A stretch of 64,000 nucleotides of DNA. Origin: Azolla caroliniana. Taxonomy: Eukaryota; Plantae; Polypodiophyta. The number at the start of each line of letters is the position of its first letter. The first letter of the stretch is position 1. Below, piece after piece: positions 25,080-37,976 of this stretch. The translations under genes were made by a program, and so were the position numbers. The stretch covers positions 1,054,001-1,118,000 of the forward strand of contig JBHGNT010000013.1 of NCBI GenBank assembly GCA_043228905.1, read 5' to 3'. The notes below the pieces were generated by a model that worked only from the letters and a program-made list of their open reading frames with translations, was not told the origin of the DNA and did no database searches.

Positions 25080-25375
25080 GAGGAAACAACTAAAGTAGGC
25101 TCGAGTGGGACTATGCAATGACTCGGCTTAAGCTTGAATCAAGCAATTAAAACAGTTTATAAATGGGTTGGCGATTCAGTTTGGCTCGATTTAGGCTGAG
25201 CTTCTTTGATTGGTTTGAGCTTGGTTTGGTAAGGCTCAAGCCGAACTTAATTGGTTTGGCCAATTCGGTTCAATTTCAAAAACTCCCAAACCGTTAAAGG
25301 CTTAACCAGTTTCGTTTGGACAAGGTCAAACCGGCTAAGACAAAATTGAACCGTTGTCGATTCTCAGGCTTGAAT
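25080..25375. repeat. AACCG/GGTTT-rich MITE-like remnant
   Basis: Dense AAACCG/GGTTT/GCTCG motifs like the subterminal repeats of the hAT MITE at 54513. Termini not resolved. Confidence 0.35.
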
Positions 25376-25537
25376 TAAAGAACTACATAAAATGTCACAT
25401 GCAATATGAAAGCAGGTTCGAGCCAAAGGATTCCAAAGATGTCCAACATAATCTAAAGGATATATAGGAACTCAAAATTGCGTTGTTCTCATAACTATAT
25501 GGGGATTCTAAGGTCTCTCTCTCTCTCTCTCTCTCTC

Positions 25538-27290
25538 TTTTCTTTTTCTTTTTTGGTAAAAGCACACAATTATATTAATTGTATGTAAAATCCACTTAGT
25601 TACAACACTTCTTAGTCTCCTCTACCTATCAACACTTCTTAATTATATTAATTATATTAACACTTCTTAATTCTATAATGTTATTAAAAAACCTGAATAT
25701 GCATTTGAGGAAATGATCCCCACATGCTCTAACATCCAAAAATTCCACATGAGAATACCTTTAAGCTTCTTTGTATAGGCTTTCACCCCATGTCTATTAT
25801 CAAACATGAAAGCATTATTCATATTCCAATTGTGTTGTAGACCCTAATAACGTAAAAATTGGAACAATATCTCCATCTCATCATTTGATCCATTTTGAAC
25901 ATATTGAGAAAAAACCCATTGTTGAGGTCTCAAACAACAACGGGTTAAAACTTGCCAAAAGTCTGATAAGTACTTCCAAATGGTACACGTTATAGGACAT
26001 TTAATGAACCTATGTGTACTATCCTCCAATGGAACGGTGCGAAAGAAACAAGTGCCAGACCCTAGTCCTCGTCTCTTTAAGGCCGAACCTAATGGGAGCC
26101 CACCAATCATGACTCTCCATATGAATACCTTTGCACGAAATGGTAGATGGGAATGCTATCCACGTTGTAATATTTTCCACCACCTTGCATATGACTTAAT
26201 ACATTCCACAACTTCGTTGCTTTAGGAGATAGCCAAGATAATGATGACATCGCATGATGATACAATATATTTGTAGTGACCTGTAACAAGCGTGTACCAT
26301 CTTGTAACCGCCAATCTACCCAAGGTGCAAAATTGGTTTTCAATGGCAAAGATCCTTGCAACAATGGTATATCATGTAATTTCTCCCATATAAATCCATA
26401 ATTTGGGGGAATACATAACCATCTCTTGACATCTTCAATATTCGACAACCTTTGAGATTCATTACACATATTCCAAATGTACAATCCCCAATTGAAATAA
26501 ACGATTGAATTGAGATCTCAACTTCTCTTTCCCATGCCAAAGCAACACTCAAGAAGAAACAAGCAATTCATTTTGTAATGAATTACAATATTCTCAATCA
26601 CCTGATGGTCCCTAGTCAAAAAGAGATAATGCATCTTGCCACAATCTTACCAAATGTTGTCCACATACAGAATGTCGAATATTTAGAGGAATACTTCCAT
26701 TTAGTAGTGACCACCGTGATGCTTGAATCTTTGTTTTCCCATGCACCAATCCTTCATGCTCAATAAAATATTGCATCATAGATATCCATGGTTGATCTTG
26801 TTGACATATATCTCGTAATAATGTAAATCTACGAGCCATCAAATGCCTTTCCAAATCCAATATTGCGGCACCACCTAACCTTTTAGGAGTAGGCAAATGG
26901 TCCCATGAAATCCATGTAACTCCTATAATTTCTCCCTTCCGCCACAACATGAACCGAATAGGTTGTAACATGCGCTGTAATGCCTTCTTAGTCAAAGGAA
27001 GTAAAGACAAAAAATATAATAACATGGGTATCAAGATACTTTGAGTCGTACATGAAAGGGCCATAATTGAGACTTCCAATACATAAAATTGTCCCTCAAT
27101 TTACTACTAATCCAATCAATCAATTGAACATTTGTAACATCAATGCCCAATGGATAACCCAAATGTCGATAAATTGAACCTAGTGTAATCATTGATCCTC
27201 GCCATCCCAAACATTCCAAATCACTCTCCATACAAGAAATAAGGCGAGACTTCCTCCAATTTATATACAACCCTGAAGTCAAAGCAAATT
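25538..27290 (-). mobile_element. 5'-truncated degenerate L1-clade LINE (RT C-terminus, zf-RVT, 3' UTR, A-rich tail)
   Basis: Minus-strand fragments SGLYINWRKS, RHLGYPLG, WISWDHLPTPKRLGGAAILDL and CFFRTVPLEDSTHRFIKC. T-rich tail at 25538-25554 abuts (CT)n. Confidence 0.85.
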
Positions 27291-27321
27291 GATCCTAAAC
27301 GTGCGCACACACACATACACA

Positions 27322-27366
<45 letters not shown>

Positions 27367-27683
27367 CCATCGCTCTTAAGTTTTGTTGATCATACAATTG
27401 TCGACAAGGAGTGCGAATGGTGTATCATCGGTGCACGGCTTAGAGAGCATGAGAGAGAGATTAAACCTTCATCACTTAAATTATTATAAGGATTAAAACT
27501 TAAATATAACTAAAGTATCTAAAACTATAATGAGAAAGGGAGAGAGTGCTAGTCATTAAGTATTAATTAAAAAGACAAACAAATGTTACTAACATGTTAA
27601 GAGAGAGAGAGAGACAAATATTAAGAGCAAAGCTACTACTAATTATCATTAAGATTAGAAAAGAAAAGAAATTACTTGGGGAT

Positions 27684-27738
27684 ATGGTCACGAGCTAGTT
27701 TCGCCCACTATGGGGCTCATCAGTGCTAAAATGACCAT
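27684..27738 (-). ncRNA. Hammerhead-ribozyme-like core, possibly degenerate
   Basis: Minus strand reads AUGGUCAUUUUAGCA-CUGAUGA-GCCC-CAUAGU-GGGC-GAAAC-UAGCUC-GUGACCAU. Both conserved core boxes and a perfect stem II are present, closed by an AUGGUCA/UGACCAU helix. Confidence 0.55.
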
Positions 27739-28040
27739 TAGGGTTGGATAGGTTTATATAAGGAGTTTTAGGAGAGGGTTTAGAGAAATGACAATAGGGA
27801 GTGGGGGTGTGTGCTTATGGAAATGATTTGGAAAGGGGAAGATTTGGAGAAGAAGGAAAAGGATATTATGAGCTTTAATGTGACAAGGGGGAGGTTTTGG
27901 TATAAGGAAGTAGAGTTTATAATGTTAAGGAGGAATAAGAGAAGAGAGAGTTAGGATATGAAATGTAAACAGAGGAGAAATATTAAAAGGGGATTTAAGA
28001 TTGAGGGGGAAATAAAAGTTCAACTCGCTCTCCTAAACAT

Positions 28041-28042
<2 letters not shown>

Positions 28043-28122
<80 letters not shown>
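28043..28122. repeat. (CT)n microsatellite
   Basis: Long CT dinucleotide run at the 5' boundary of the LINE. Confidence 0.95.
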
Positions 28123-28125
<3 letters not shown>

Positions 28126-31100
28126 TTGCAACGGTCGTGTGCCACGCTGTCATCGCTGCCGTCTGCGACGTCTATCGCCGCCTGCTACCGTGTTGCACTC
28201 TCTCTCTCTCCCCCCCCCCATCGTGTTGTCGTCTGTTGCCGCGCTGCCGCCTCTGACGTCCATCGCCGTCTGCTAACGTCTATCGTTGTCTGTTGCCGTC
28301 GATCGTCGTCTGCATGCTGGACGACCTACTGTCGTTCATCATCGTCTGTCGTAGTCGCCATTGTTGTTGCCGTGTTCTTCTCCTTCTTGTTCTTGGGGTT
28401 ATCGAGTGTTGTGTTTCTTTTCTTGGTGGCACATCCTTGTTTCTTTTAGCGTGCTCGCCGTGTGCAAAATGCCGATGTGACTTCGACATACACACAAACT
28501 CGGCTAAGTCACGAACCCATTTATTTTATCCTTTTTTTTCTCTTATTAACAATACAATGTCTAAACGAAAGGAACACAAGGATACACAAGACGAGGCTAT
28601 AAGTAAGGAGGACTTTTTGGATATGTTTAACCGTTTAACAAAAATAGAGATGGATATGAAAAAATGGGTGAAAGACGTCGAAACCCACAAGAAAAAAGAT
28701 AGAGAGGAAAAAGACACCCTCAAGGCCTAAATAGAAAAACTTAAAGAGGAAAACACAAACCTCAAACAACAACTTAATGACATCAAGGTATCCCGAGAGG
28801 ACGGTGAAATATCCTCCATAGAGGATATAAAAGATGAGATCAAAAAAGTTAAAGAGGAGGTTAAAAATAACATAGAGTTAGCAAAAACGGGTTGGGTAGA
28901 TGTGGTTAAAAGAAACATTAAAAAAGAAATAAAGGATGAAAATATTGTTAATACCACCCTCGAAGAGGAGAAAATGCGTCAAGCCCGACGCCTAAATGTG
29001 CGTGTCACTGGGCTCAAGGAAGGTGCATCCCTGGACGAGGATGCACAAACACTCGGGAAAATTTTAGGGTACACAACGACCCTACCTATCACCAAAGCTT
29101 GGAGGGCCGGACGCGACACAACTAGGAAGAGAGCCTTAGTTCTTCAATTTAAAGACTTAGACTCTAGAATCACTTTCTTTAAGAAGAGACAAATTCTTCG
29201 AGGATTGGGTGGGGACCCTATCTATCTCAATGAAGACCTCACCAAGATGCAAATTGAGCATCGCAAGAGTTGTATGCCAAAGGTTATGCAAGCTCGTAAA
29301 GACGGGCATCGCGCCTTTTATCGAGATGGGCGAGTGATCATAAATGATCGCACTACTAATTGACGGCGTGTGGCCCATGTGATAGAAAACACACTTAGGA
29401 TGACCTTATGGAATTGTAACGGCGCACTCTGGACACATCTCGGCCGCCTAGAGGGGATATTAAAGGAATCAGATATAGTTTGCCTAGTAGAAACACACCA
29501 AAGCCCAAATAGGGGACTCCCACGAGTCAAAGGATTTCGTTGGGAGTCGGCTTTTAGACAAACCTTACGTCGATGCACTACCAAGGGATCTGGAGGTGTC
29601 GCAATATTGTTTCGGAGGGAGCTACATAATAGGATAGAAATACTGAGCACAGACCCAAAAGCTCGTTTTATGTGGGTGAAAGTCTCCACAAGCAAGGACA
29701 AGGCAATATTTTTCGCCATTTGTTACTTTCCCTTGAAAGGCTCTCGTTATAATCTGGCTGGCGAGGCGAGATTAGTTGATGACGGAGTGCCACATGGGCC
29801 TTCCCCATATGAACCTCTATCGGATGACATAATCCGATATTCTTCCCAAGGAGAAGTATTCCTTGTAGGAGACTTTAATGCGAGAACCCAATCCCGACAA
29901 TGCACAATATTTCAAATGAATAGAAACCTAGAAATGGTAAATGTCGATCCTTTAGACATAGACACCACACGTAGATCAAAGGATCAAGGTGCGGACGCCA
30001 CGAGATTTGGCCATCATTTGCTCGAACTCGGCAGTCGGCACCAGATGGTCATATATAATGGTTTAGCCAAGTGGCCAGGTTCGGAAGAGCTCAGATGTTT
30101 CCCACATGGAGGAGGGGAAAACACAATCAATTATCTAATAGGACGCCCTGAAGCTACCCACATGATTAACTCCTTCCGAGTGGCCCCATGTCCTATTGGC
30201 GCGGACCATAGTTTCTTATACTTTGAGCTAAAATGCGATATCTCTAACATCACCAACTCTAGTCAACCACGCCATGACATCACAATACATTTCACACATG
30301 AGCTCTCTGACATATATGCTCGACATGTTCAAGCCCATCTCTCCTCCCTTGATCCCTCCCTACCTTTAGAGAGCCTTAGTACGAAACTCACACACATCCT
30401 TCACTCTGCAGCAGTTAGCAGTTTCCCATACACGAAACACTCCAATCAAGGTAAAGTAGGATCTATGCCACAAAATAGATGGTATGATGAGGATTGTGGG
30501 TGCTTACATAGACAACTTACAATATCGCAACTCAGTGGTAGTATTACCTCAGTACAAGCTCGTAAAGAAATGTGCAAGATGACACGTCTTAAGAGACGAG
30601 CATGGGAGGCATCCCAATATTGGGAACTCTACCATATGCTCATGAGTAGCGATTGTGCCACTGCATGGAAGAGATTACGGGAACCAAGACCACAAACACC
30701 CATCGAAGATCCCGAAACTTGGCACACTTATACAGAGAGACTTTACCAAATCCCAAACCAACCACCCATTCCAATGCCTTCTACACCCCGACCTACTGTG
30801 GGGACACTCTTCACGACCTCTAGGGTCACGAAGGTCATAAAGAAATTACAACATAGGAAGTCCATGGACCACACAAGATTCCGAGTAGAACACATCATAT
30901 ATGCGAGAGAGTGCCTAGCTCCCTTGCTAACTCTAATCTTCAATCGTGCCCTCGCAGAGGGTTTTCCACCACAATGGACCATGAACACAGTGGCCCCCAT
31001 ACATAAAGGGGGGGACCCCATGGACCCAAATACTTATAAGACCATTATGATAGGTCATACCCTTGCTAAATTATATGGTGCAGTAATGGAGGCAGAGCTT

Positions 31101-33275
31101 AGCGAGTATATGGAGACCTTAAATCTTCGTGCACCTGAACATGCTGGCTTTAGACGAGCCTTCTCCACTATTGATCATATCTTCACACTTAGATGCTTAA
31201 TTGACCAGACTAAGGCTCGTAAGAAAAAACTATATTGTTGTTTTGTGGACTTCCGCAAAGCCTTTGACACGGTCCCTAGAGAGCGGTTGTTTGATAGGCT
31301 TAAGAGCTTGAGGATACCAGATGACATGGTTTGGGCCATCTACGCACTATATGAACAAGTGTCCGGGTGTGTTCGATGCCCAGGCGGCATATCCGATAGT
31401 TTCACTAGCACTATTGGTGTAAAACAAGGTTGCCCCTTATTTCCGACTCTTTTTGGGATCTACATTGATGAGATCACAGATTTTATTGCTCGTAAGGGAG
31501 GCAATGGAGTAGTCCTTGGGGATACGCAGGTGTGTATCTTGCTCTATGCAGACGAGATAGTTTTGCTCTCTGAATCCGAACACAACCTACAAAGGCACCT
31601 TAATGCCTTAGATGACTTTTGCACACAACGAGGATTGGTAGTGAATCTAGGGAAAACTAAAGTCCTTATCTTCCACACGTCGGCCCAAATTAGAGCTAAG
31701 TGTCACCTAACTATCTCCCATAGCCCAGTTGAGGTGGTTGGATCATATGTCTATCTCGGAGTCACTTTCAGTGCCCGCTCAGGTAAATTTTCGATGACAC
31801 AAGCAACGAAGGATAGACTTACAAGAGGACATGCATCCCTCTCACTCCTCGAGAGACAATGCCACCAAGCATACTTCCAAGAGCCACGAACTAAAGGGTG
31901 GCTCTTTGACTCATTAGTGACTCCCTCTCTCATGTATGCATCAGCGGTTTGGGCTCCAGGACTACCATCTTTCATGTGGACGCAATTAGAGAGACCATTG
32001 GTGATGATGTTATCACGCCAACTCCGAAGCAAATCGTCGGTCCCACATGACATTATTAGGGCTGAGTTCACTCTACCCCCTGTGTTAGTAGAAGCACTTT
32101 TTCAACTTGTAGTCTTTATCCATAGGATACATAGCCAACCACTTGATAGAATATCCCACCAAGCCTTTAAGGCTTCTCGAGCACTGTATGAGTCCGGCTA
32201 TACTAGCTCATGGTATGGCATGATGGTGAGTTGGCTTCTTGCCAACGGCCTAGACATTAATAACCTCCCCCCCCCTTAAGTATGACCACACGACTGATAA
32301 CACTTTAATCTCTCATGAGAACCGTAATAAAGTAATATGCCAAGAAATATGGCAAATTTATACTCGGTATAAATGGATCACCCCACTAGAGCCACACCCA
32401 TCTAAAATGTTGTACTATAAGGAACACTTTATGCACTTCTTTGAGTTAGGTTTTATCACGCGCCCAAAATATCTAGATGTATTCTTACCACATGCACTAA
32501 GGGTTGCCATTGGTCAACTTAGAATATCATCTCACCAACTTGAGATTGAGAATGGACGTACTAATGGAGTCCCTAGGGAGGAAAGGATATGTAGGTTATG
32601 CCACATAGAGATAGAGGATGAGTACCATTTTACATGCAAATGCCCCACCTGTGCCGAGATAAGGGCAAAATACCAAGACATGCTTGGTTCCTCTCCCACC
32701 CTCCCTAAACTATTAGATACACTAGATATAAAGAAATTAGGTAGATACATCTTAGAATTGAAACAACACAGAGAGAATAAGTTACAAAACGTTGATAATA
32801 ATGTTGATAATGTTTACCAACATGTAACAAATGAAGTTTTTCAGGAACAGGGGGAGACAATGAATGTCGACACACCTGCACCACTCGGGCTTTTCCTTGA
32901 TGAAGCAGAAAATCAAAGAAGAACCAAACGCCCTTGGATGCCGTGTTTCAAAGCAACTCGACGAGATGGAGAAGCAATAAAGAAAATAAGGGAACGTGAA
33001 CTACACCGCCTAGAAGCCATGGCTAGGGCACTCTATGCATCGGGACCATGGGTCACACCCACACCAAAAACTTTTGACCTCCCACTTCTTTTTGAGAGAC
33101 TTGGGTGGAAATGAGATTAGGCTTAGTGCAACGTTTTGTACACTACTAGAACTTTCTTAGCTTAAGCTATTTTCTTTTATTTTAGTTTTGATGATTGGAT
33201 AAACACTCATTTTTGTTGTAACCCAATTGTCTCATGGGCCAAATTTGGCCTTAGAAGACGTTAATATATCTTTCT
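28123..33275 (+). mobile_element. Near full-length two-ORF non-LTR retrotransposon (RTE-X-like) flanked by (CT)n
   Basis: ORF1 28557-29363 with an internal TAA at 28728 (coiled coil, IYLNEDLT). ORF2 29370-33114 encodes APE endonuclease (LWNCNG, LVETH, GDFNAR, ADH) and RT (FVDFRKAFD, GVKQGCPL, LLYADE), with a frameshift in the C-run near 32270 and a C-terminal ERICRLC..EDEYHF zinc motif. Confidence 0.9.
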
Positions 33276-33280
33276 TTCTT

Positions 33281-33317
<37 letters not shown>

Positions 33318-33859
33318 GAATACAAGAAAGAACGAACCCTAAACCCCCTAGAAGTAAGTAGAACGGAATCGCAAAGCACATAGCAGTGCAAAAAGGGTGG
33401 AACATCTCTCTCTGTGCCTTTGAAACACAAGAGAGGGAGAACATCTCAAGGTGTGAACATATATGATTCGGACAATGTTAGCAAATCGGCATCGGTTCTG
33501 TCGGTTCGGTTCGGTTCGGTTCGGTTCGAGTGAAATGAATGTTCTTTCTTTCCCAATATATATATATATATATATATATATTTGCGTCTGTGTGTACGTG
33601 TGTAGCCCCATAGTTTGAAAGAACTACATATATGTTCAGCTTCCCTCCATTTGGGCTAGCTATGGAGATTCTCCTGATTTCATGGGCGATTGTTCTGTCT
33701 GTAGCAGAGAGAAGACACAGAGAGAGAGAGAGAGAGATCGTGCCTACTACGTAATTACTGGCCGCCATCAACGACCATCGAAACGTCCGATTCTCTTGCT
33801 TCTCCTTTGTCTGTAAAAAGGCATGTCTTCCATTCACCCTGCTCTCTGCTCCTCCTTCT

Positions 33860-33877
33860 AAACCCTAATTCCACTGC

Positions 33878-33914
<37 letters not shown>

Positions 33915-34331
33915 GGGTAGGGGTTCAGAGAGACCATCCGACAGACGGAGCGAGATAGGGTTAGGGTTTCAGTGGGTAGGATAAGGATATAGATCCAGCG
34001 ACAGGGATTCAGAGAGAGAGAGAGGGAGAAAGTGAGCGTTAATTAAGCCTTTCAGAAAAAAAGGGTAATTAATTATAGGGTTAGGGTTCCAGAGAGACGG
34101 TGACTGAGGGTTAGGGTCTGTGTGAGAGAGAGATAGATCCGTTTAGATTTCCAGAGAGAGTGATTATTTTAGGGTTTCAAAGCGAAAGAGTCTTTTAAGT
34201 GTTTTGAGAAAGAGACACAGACAGAGTCTTTAAGTGTTTTGAGAAAGAAACACAGAATCTTTTTGGATTTCAGAGAGTGAGAGTTTCCTGGGGGTTCAGA
34301 GATAGAGGTTTTTTAGGGTTAGGGTTTCAGG
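33860..34331. promoter_or_regulatory. Cluster of telo-boxes (AAACCCTA/TAGGGTT) and GAGA tracts in the 5' region of the E3 ligase gene
   Basis: Repeated TTAGGGTT(T) motifs (e.g. 33956-33969, 34076-34089, 34314-34328) interleaved with (GA)n. Confidence 0.55.
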
Positions 34332-34386
34332 GGTGGTCCAACGTTTCCCTGAACCCTATCTCTTTCTTATTATTCTTCAGTATTTC

Positions 34387-36562
34387 ATGGATGCGTTCTT
34401 TCGATTAGGCTTGAGCTGTGTCTTTACGCAGGCTCATATCGTCTCCGTTGATGATGGCGATGACGATAATCACAGTCACGATTTCATGGATGAGTTCCTT
34501 GAAATGACATCCAAGCTCGATCGAGGAAGAATGCTTCACGGGTATCATCTCTCGCTCTCTCTCTGTATTTCTGCCATTGTCTACATGAAGCTTCATGTCG
34601 AGCTTCTGCTTCTGTCTCTATGCATTTCCTAGTGCTCTGTGGAACTCTGTGTATTTAAAAGCTTCGTTTTCTAACCGATTCAGGTGCTCTCATTATCGAA
34701 GGAGATGTAAGATCCGTGCTCCTTGCTGTGACGAAATATTTGATTGTCGCCATTGCCACAATGAAGCTAAGGTAGTAGCTCTTTTACTGTAATTGCTTTA
34801 GCAATAACAGAATTTGATGTATTCCCTGCTTTCTCTCTCGCAGGCCAAAGAGAAAGACATTGCAATGCGTCATGAAATCCCTCGACACAAAGTGGAGAAG
34901 GTAAATCATCCTGCTTCTTTATTCCTTGCTTTGGATTTCTTTGATTTGTTGGTTTTATTATGTGCTTCTTAAGGATTCATGCTTCCTTTTTTAATTTTCA
35001 GGTTATTTGTTCTCTGTGCAACACTGAACAGAATGTGAGTAGATTTTTACTGCTATAATCCATGACAGGTTGTATGTGAATGTTAAGGATATGAAGTCCA
35101 TGATTTTATCAGAAGATAAGGATGCTAGCTATTGTTTGGAAACAGTTTCTATAACTATGTAGATTCTGTGTCATAGCCAGGCAATAGCCATGCAGTAATT
35201 GGTCATATCAAGCTCCTTAGGCTTTGGCATATGATCATTATTAACATTGTAGCTAATTATTTTGTTCGAAAAATATTCAGGTTCAACAAACATGTGAAAA
35301 CTGTGGAGTGTGTATGGGGGAGTACTTCTGCAGCAAATGCAAATTCTTTGATGATAATGTGAGTTGTTTTCTGAGCTTTTCTAGTATAAGCCAAGCATAG
35401 TGTCATTGTTCTATGACCAATCCACCGATCTATTTCTTTTCTCATTGGAATTAATCTATAAAATATACCTTGTTCTGACTTTGTTAAGACATGTTTTACA
35501 GACTTCAAAGGAGCAGTTCCATTGTGATGCCTGTGGGATATGCAGGTAAAAAAGATTAAAATCTTGTTTCCTGTGGGAAAGATTAAACTTCTCGCCCCTG
35601 AGATGAAATGAAATCTTATTATTTTTTTCTTTACTAGGGTTGGTGGCAAAGAGAATTTCTTCCACTGTGAACAATGTGGTATGCTTTTCTCGTCTTGTGC
35701 ATTTAAAGTATTTGTTCATATTGCAGTGTTATCTTTCATGTAAATTTATCGTATGTAATTCGCTATAGGCTGTTGTTATTCGACAACGTTGCAAAATAAA
35801 CATCAATGTGTAGAGAATGCAATGCAACACAACTGTCCGATCTGTTTTGAGGTATGACTGTCTATTATTGATAGGATGACTTTTCTATTCCAATTCTAAT
35901 TAATAAGCGATATTTGCTTATCTTATTCTAAGCTCTACTTTGCTCATACTTGGATGGTAGTATCTATTCGATTCTCTGAAAAGTACGGCTGTGATGCGGT
36001 GTGGCCATACGATGCATTTTAAATGCTTAGAGGAAATGCGCTCTCATGATCAGTAAGTTGTTTCCATGGGTTATATATGCTATAGTTTTGGTGCTCGTTG
36101 TGGATTGCGCTATAAACCAAAACCTTTGTGTATTGTACAGGTATACATGCCCTATTTGCTCCAAATCCCTTTATGATATGTCAAGAGTATGGGCCCATCT
36201 TGATCAGGAGGTATTCTCTGTTCCAGGATTTACTGTTTTCATCAGTGTGCCTTTTTAAGTAAAAATCTTTTTTGAAAAACATAACAGGTTGCGGCCACTC
36301 CGATGCCTGAAGCATACCAAAACAAATTGGTATTTTCCCCTTTCAAATGTGTGTATATTTGGTATAATGGTTAGTCTTGAACTTTGAAATGATGATCTTC
36401 TATTCCTCGCTTTTATATATACAGGTTTGGATATTGTGCAACGATTGTGGCGCCAATAGTGAGGTTCCATTTCATATTATTGCTCACAAATGCTCTAGTT
36501 GCAGTTCTTATAATACGCGCCAGACGAAAGGTCCCTTGCCTAACAGTGGATTGGGACGATGA
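34387..36562 (+). CDS. RZFP34: CHY zinc finger / CTCHY / RING-H2 E3 ubiquitin ligase (RZFP34/CHYR1-like, RCHY1 family), 12 coding exons
   Basis: GT-AG exons: 34387-34541, 34684-34771, 34844-34900, 35002-35034, 35281-35358, 35502-35545, 35638-35678, 35769-35851, 35961-36052, 36141-36210, 36288-36329, 36425-36562. Spliced protein includes [72 protein letters not shown] and [19 protein letters not shown]. Start codon is less certain (other ATGs follow). Confidence 0.92.
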
Positions 36563-37720
36563 ACTATGTTGACATTTTGTTTCTCAACCTTCTTCTTATT
36601 GATGGCTTTGTTTAACTCGTTCGATAGTTCTGCAAATGCCATTTTTCCTATGTTCATGTAAACTCTCACAACCAAAAGCATTGCTTGGTTGGAAATTATT
36701 CATTTTCATTTTTACTGCCATTTATATGGAAGCGAACAGTAGCATTTTTCAGTTTGTATGGATATACATACATTTCTATGTATAGATTGATCCACATTGC
36801 TATTTGGCACCTCGGTTCTTATAAAGATATATATTTTTGTCTAGCATGTCTGCCAAATGGAAATCTCTCTATCTATATGGTTCTTATTTAGGGCATGGGC
36901 CATTCTTTTATTGCGATAAAAGTGGGTTTTCCTCAATTTTGCAAGCCAGTCAGTCAGGTTTTCACTGGCATCATGGTGTATGGCTCGATGTTTCACCATG
37001 GGACAGGATAATGAGGCTGGAGAGTTGATGTCTATGTTGATAAGTAGGTAAATGGTCCGGACAAAACACAAGAATTCTGGACATTGAACTTGGTTCCTTG
37101 TAGTGATCATCCTATTTCAAATTTTGTTCCATTCTTGCACTGGGTTCAATGTCACTGTAATATGTGCACACAAACACATAAGAGGAAGCTTGGGTGGATT
37201 GCGATGATCTGATCTATGAACTGCTCCTATAGGCCATTGAAATCATGCGACGGATGCGTGTCTTTGTTCTTTCTCCCTCTCTCCATGTATAGGGAGTTGA
37301 AGTTAGCAACAATCATTTCGTATGGTTTGAGCGGAGATTTTATAATATACTGGATTGTGTTGAAGGTATTATGCATGCATCATGGCTGTTGTGTTATTGT
37401 TGGAACTCGGTAATTAAGGATAAAGTCATTGACTATGAATGTGGTTAAGGGAAGTGGTGATCATGTTTCGAGACTGAACAGAAGACCCATTATGTGAATT
37501 CACCATGTAGTAGTGACGGAAACCGGAAAGCAATCTCAATAGAATAGGCCAGCACTGAAAACCTTGACAAGTAGTGATGCTCCAAGTCTTGCTAAACTGA
37601 AATAGCTCTACCTTCAAAAATTCGGGAGGCCTGCAGAAACTGGGGAAAATCGGCAATGAAAGAAAAGACCATTCACATTCATAGAATAGAGAAAAAGAGA
37701 GAGGTGAACACGATAGCTTA

Positions 37721-37792
37721 TACCCCCGGTGAGGTTCGAACTCACGACCATTCGCTTAAGAGGCGATTGCACTACCGCTGTGCTACAGAGGT
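37721..37792 (-). tRNA. tRNA-Lys(CUU), atypical body, copy 1
   Basis: ACCUCUG UA GCAC AGCGGUA GUGC A AUCGC CU-CUU-AA GCGAA UGGUC GUGAG UUCGAAC CUCAC CGGGGGU A folds as a cloverleaf. A T5 run lies about 25 nt downstream. Confidence 0.85.
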
Positions 37793-37976
37793 TGTGTATG
37801 AGGAAAATAGCAAACCTTGACAAGTAGTGATGCTCCAAGTCTTGCTAAACTAAAATAGCTCTACCTTCAAAAATTCGGGAGGCCTGCAGAAACTGGGGAA
37901 AATCGGCAATCAAAGAAAAGGCCATTCACACATTCATAGAATTAGAGAAAAAGAAAGAGGCGAGCAGTAAGGCTTT

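Noticed and set aside
31544-31555. Shared Asp>Glu change in RT catalytic motifs (YADE here, YVED in Copia-C)
   Set aside because: Different positions in unrelated elements; best explained as independent point mutations.
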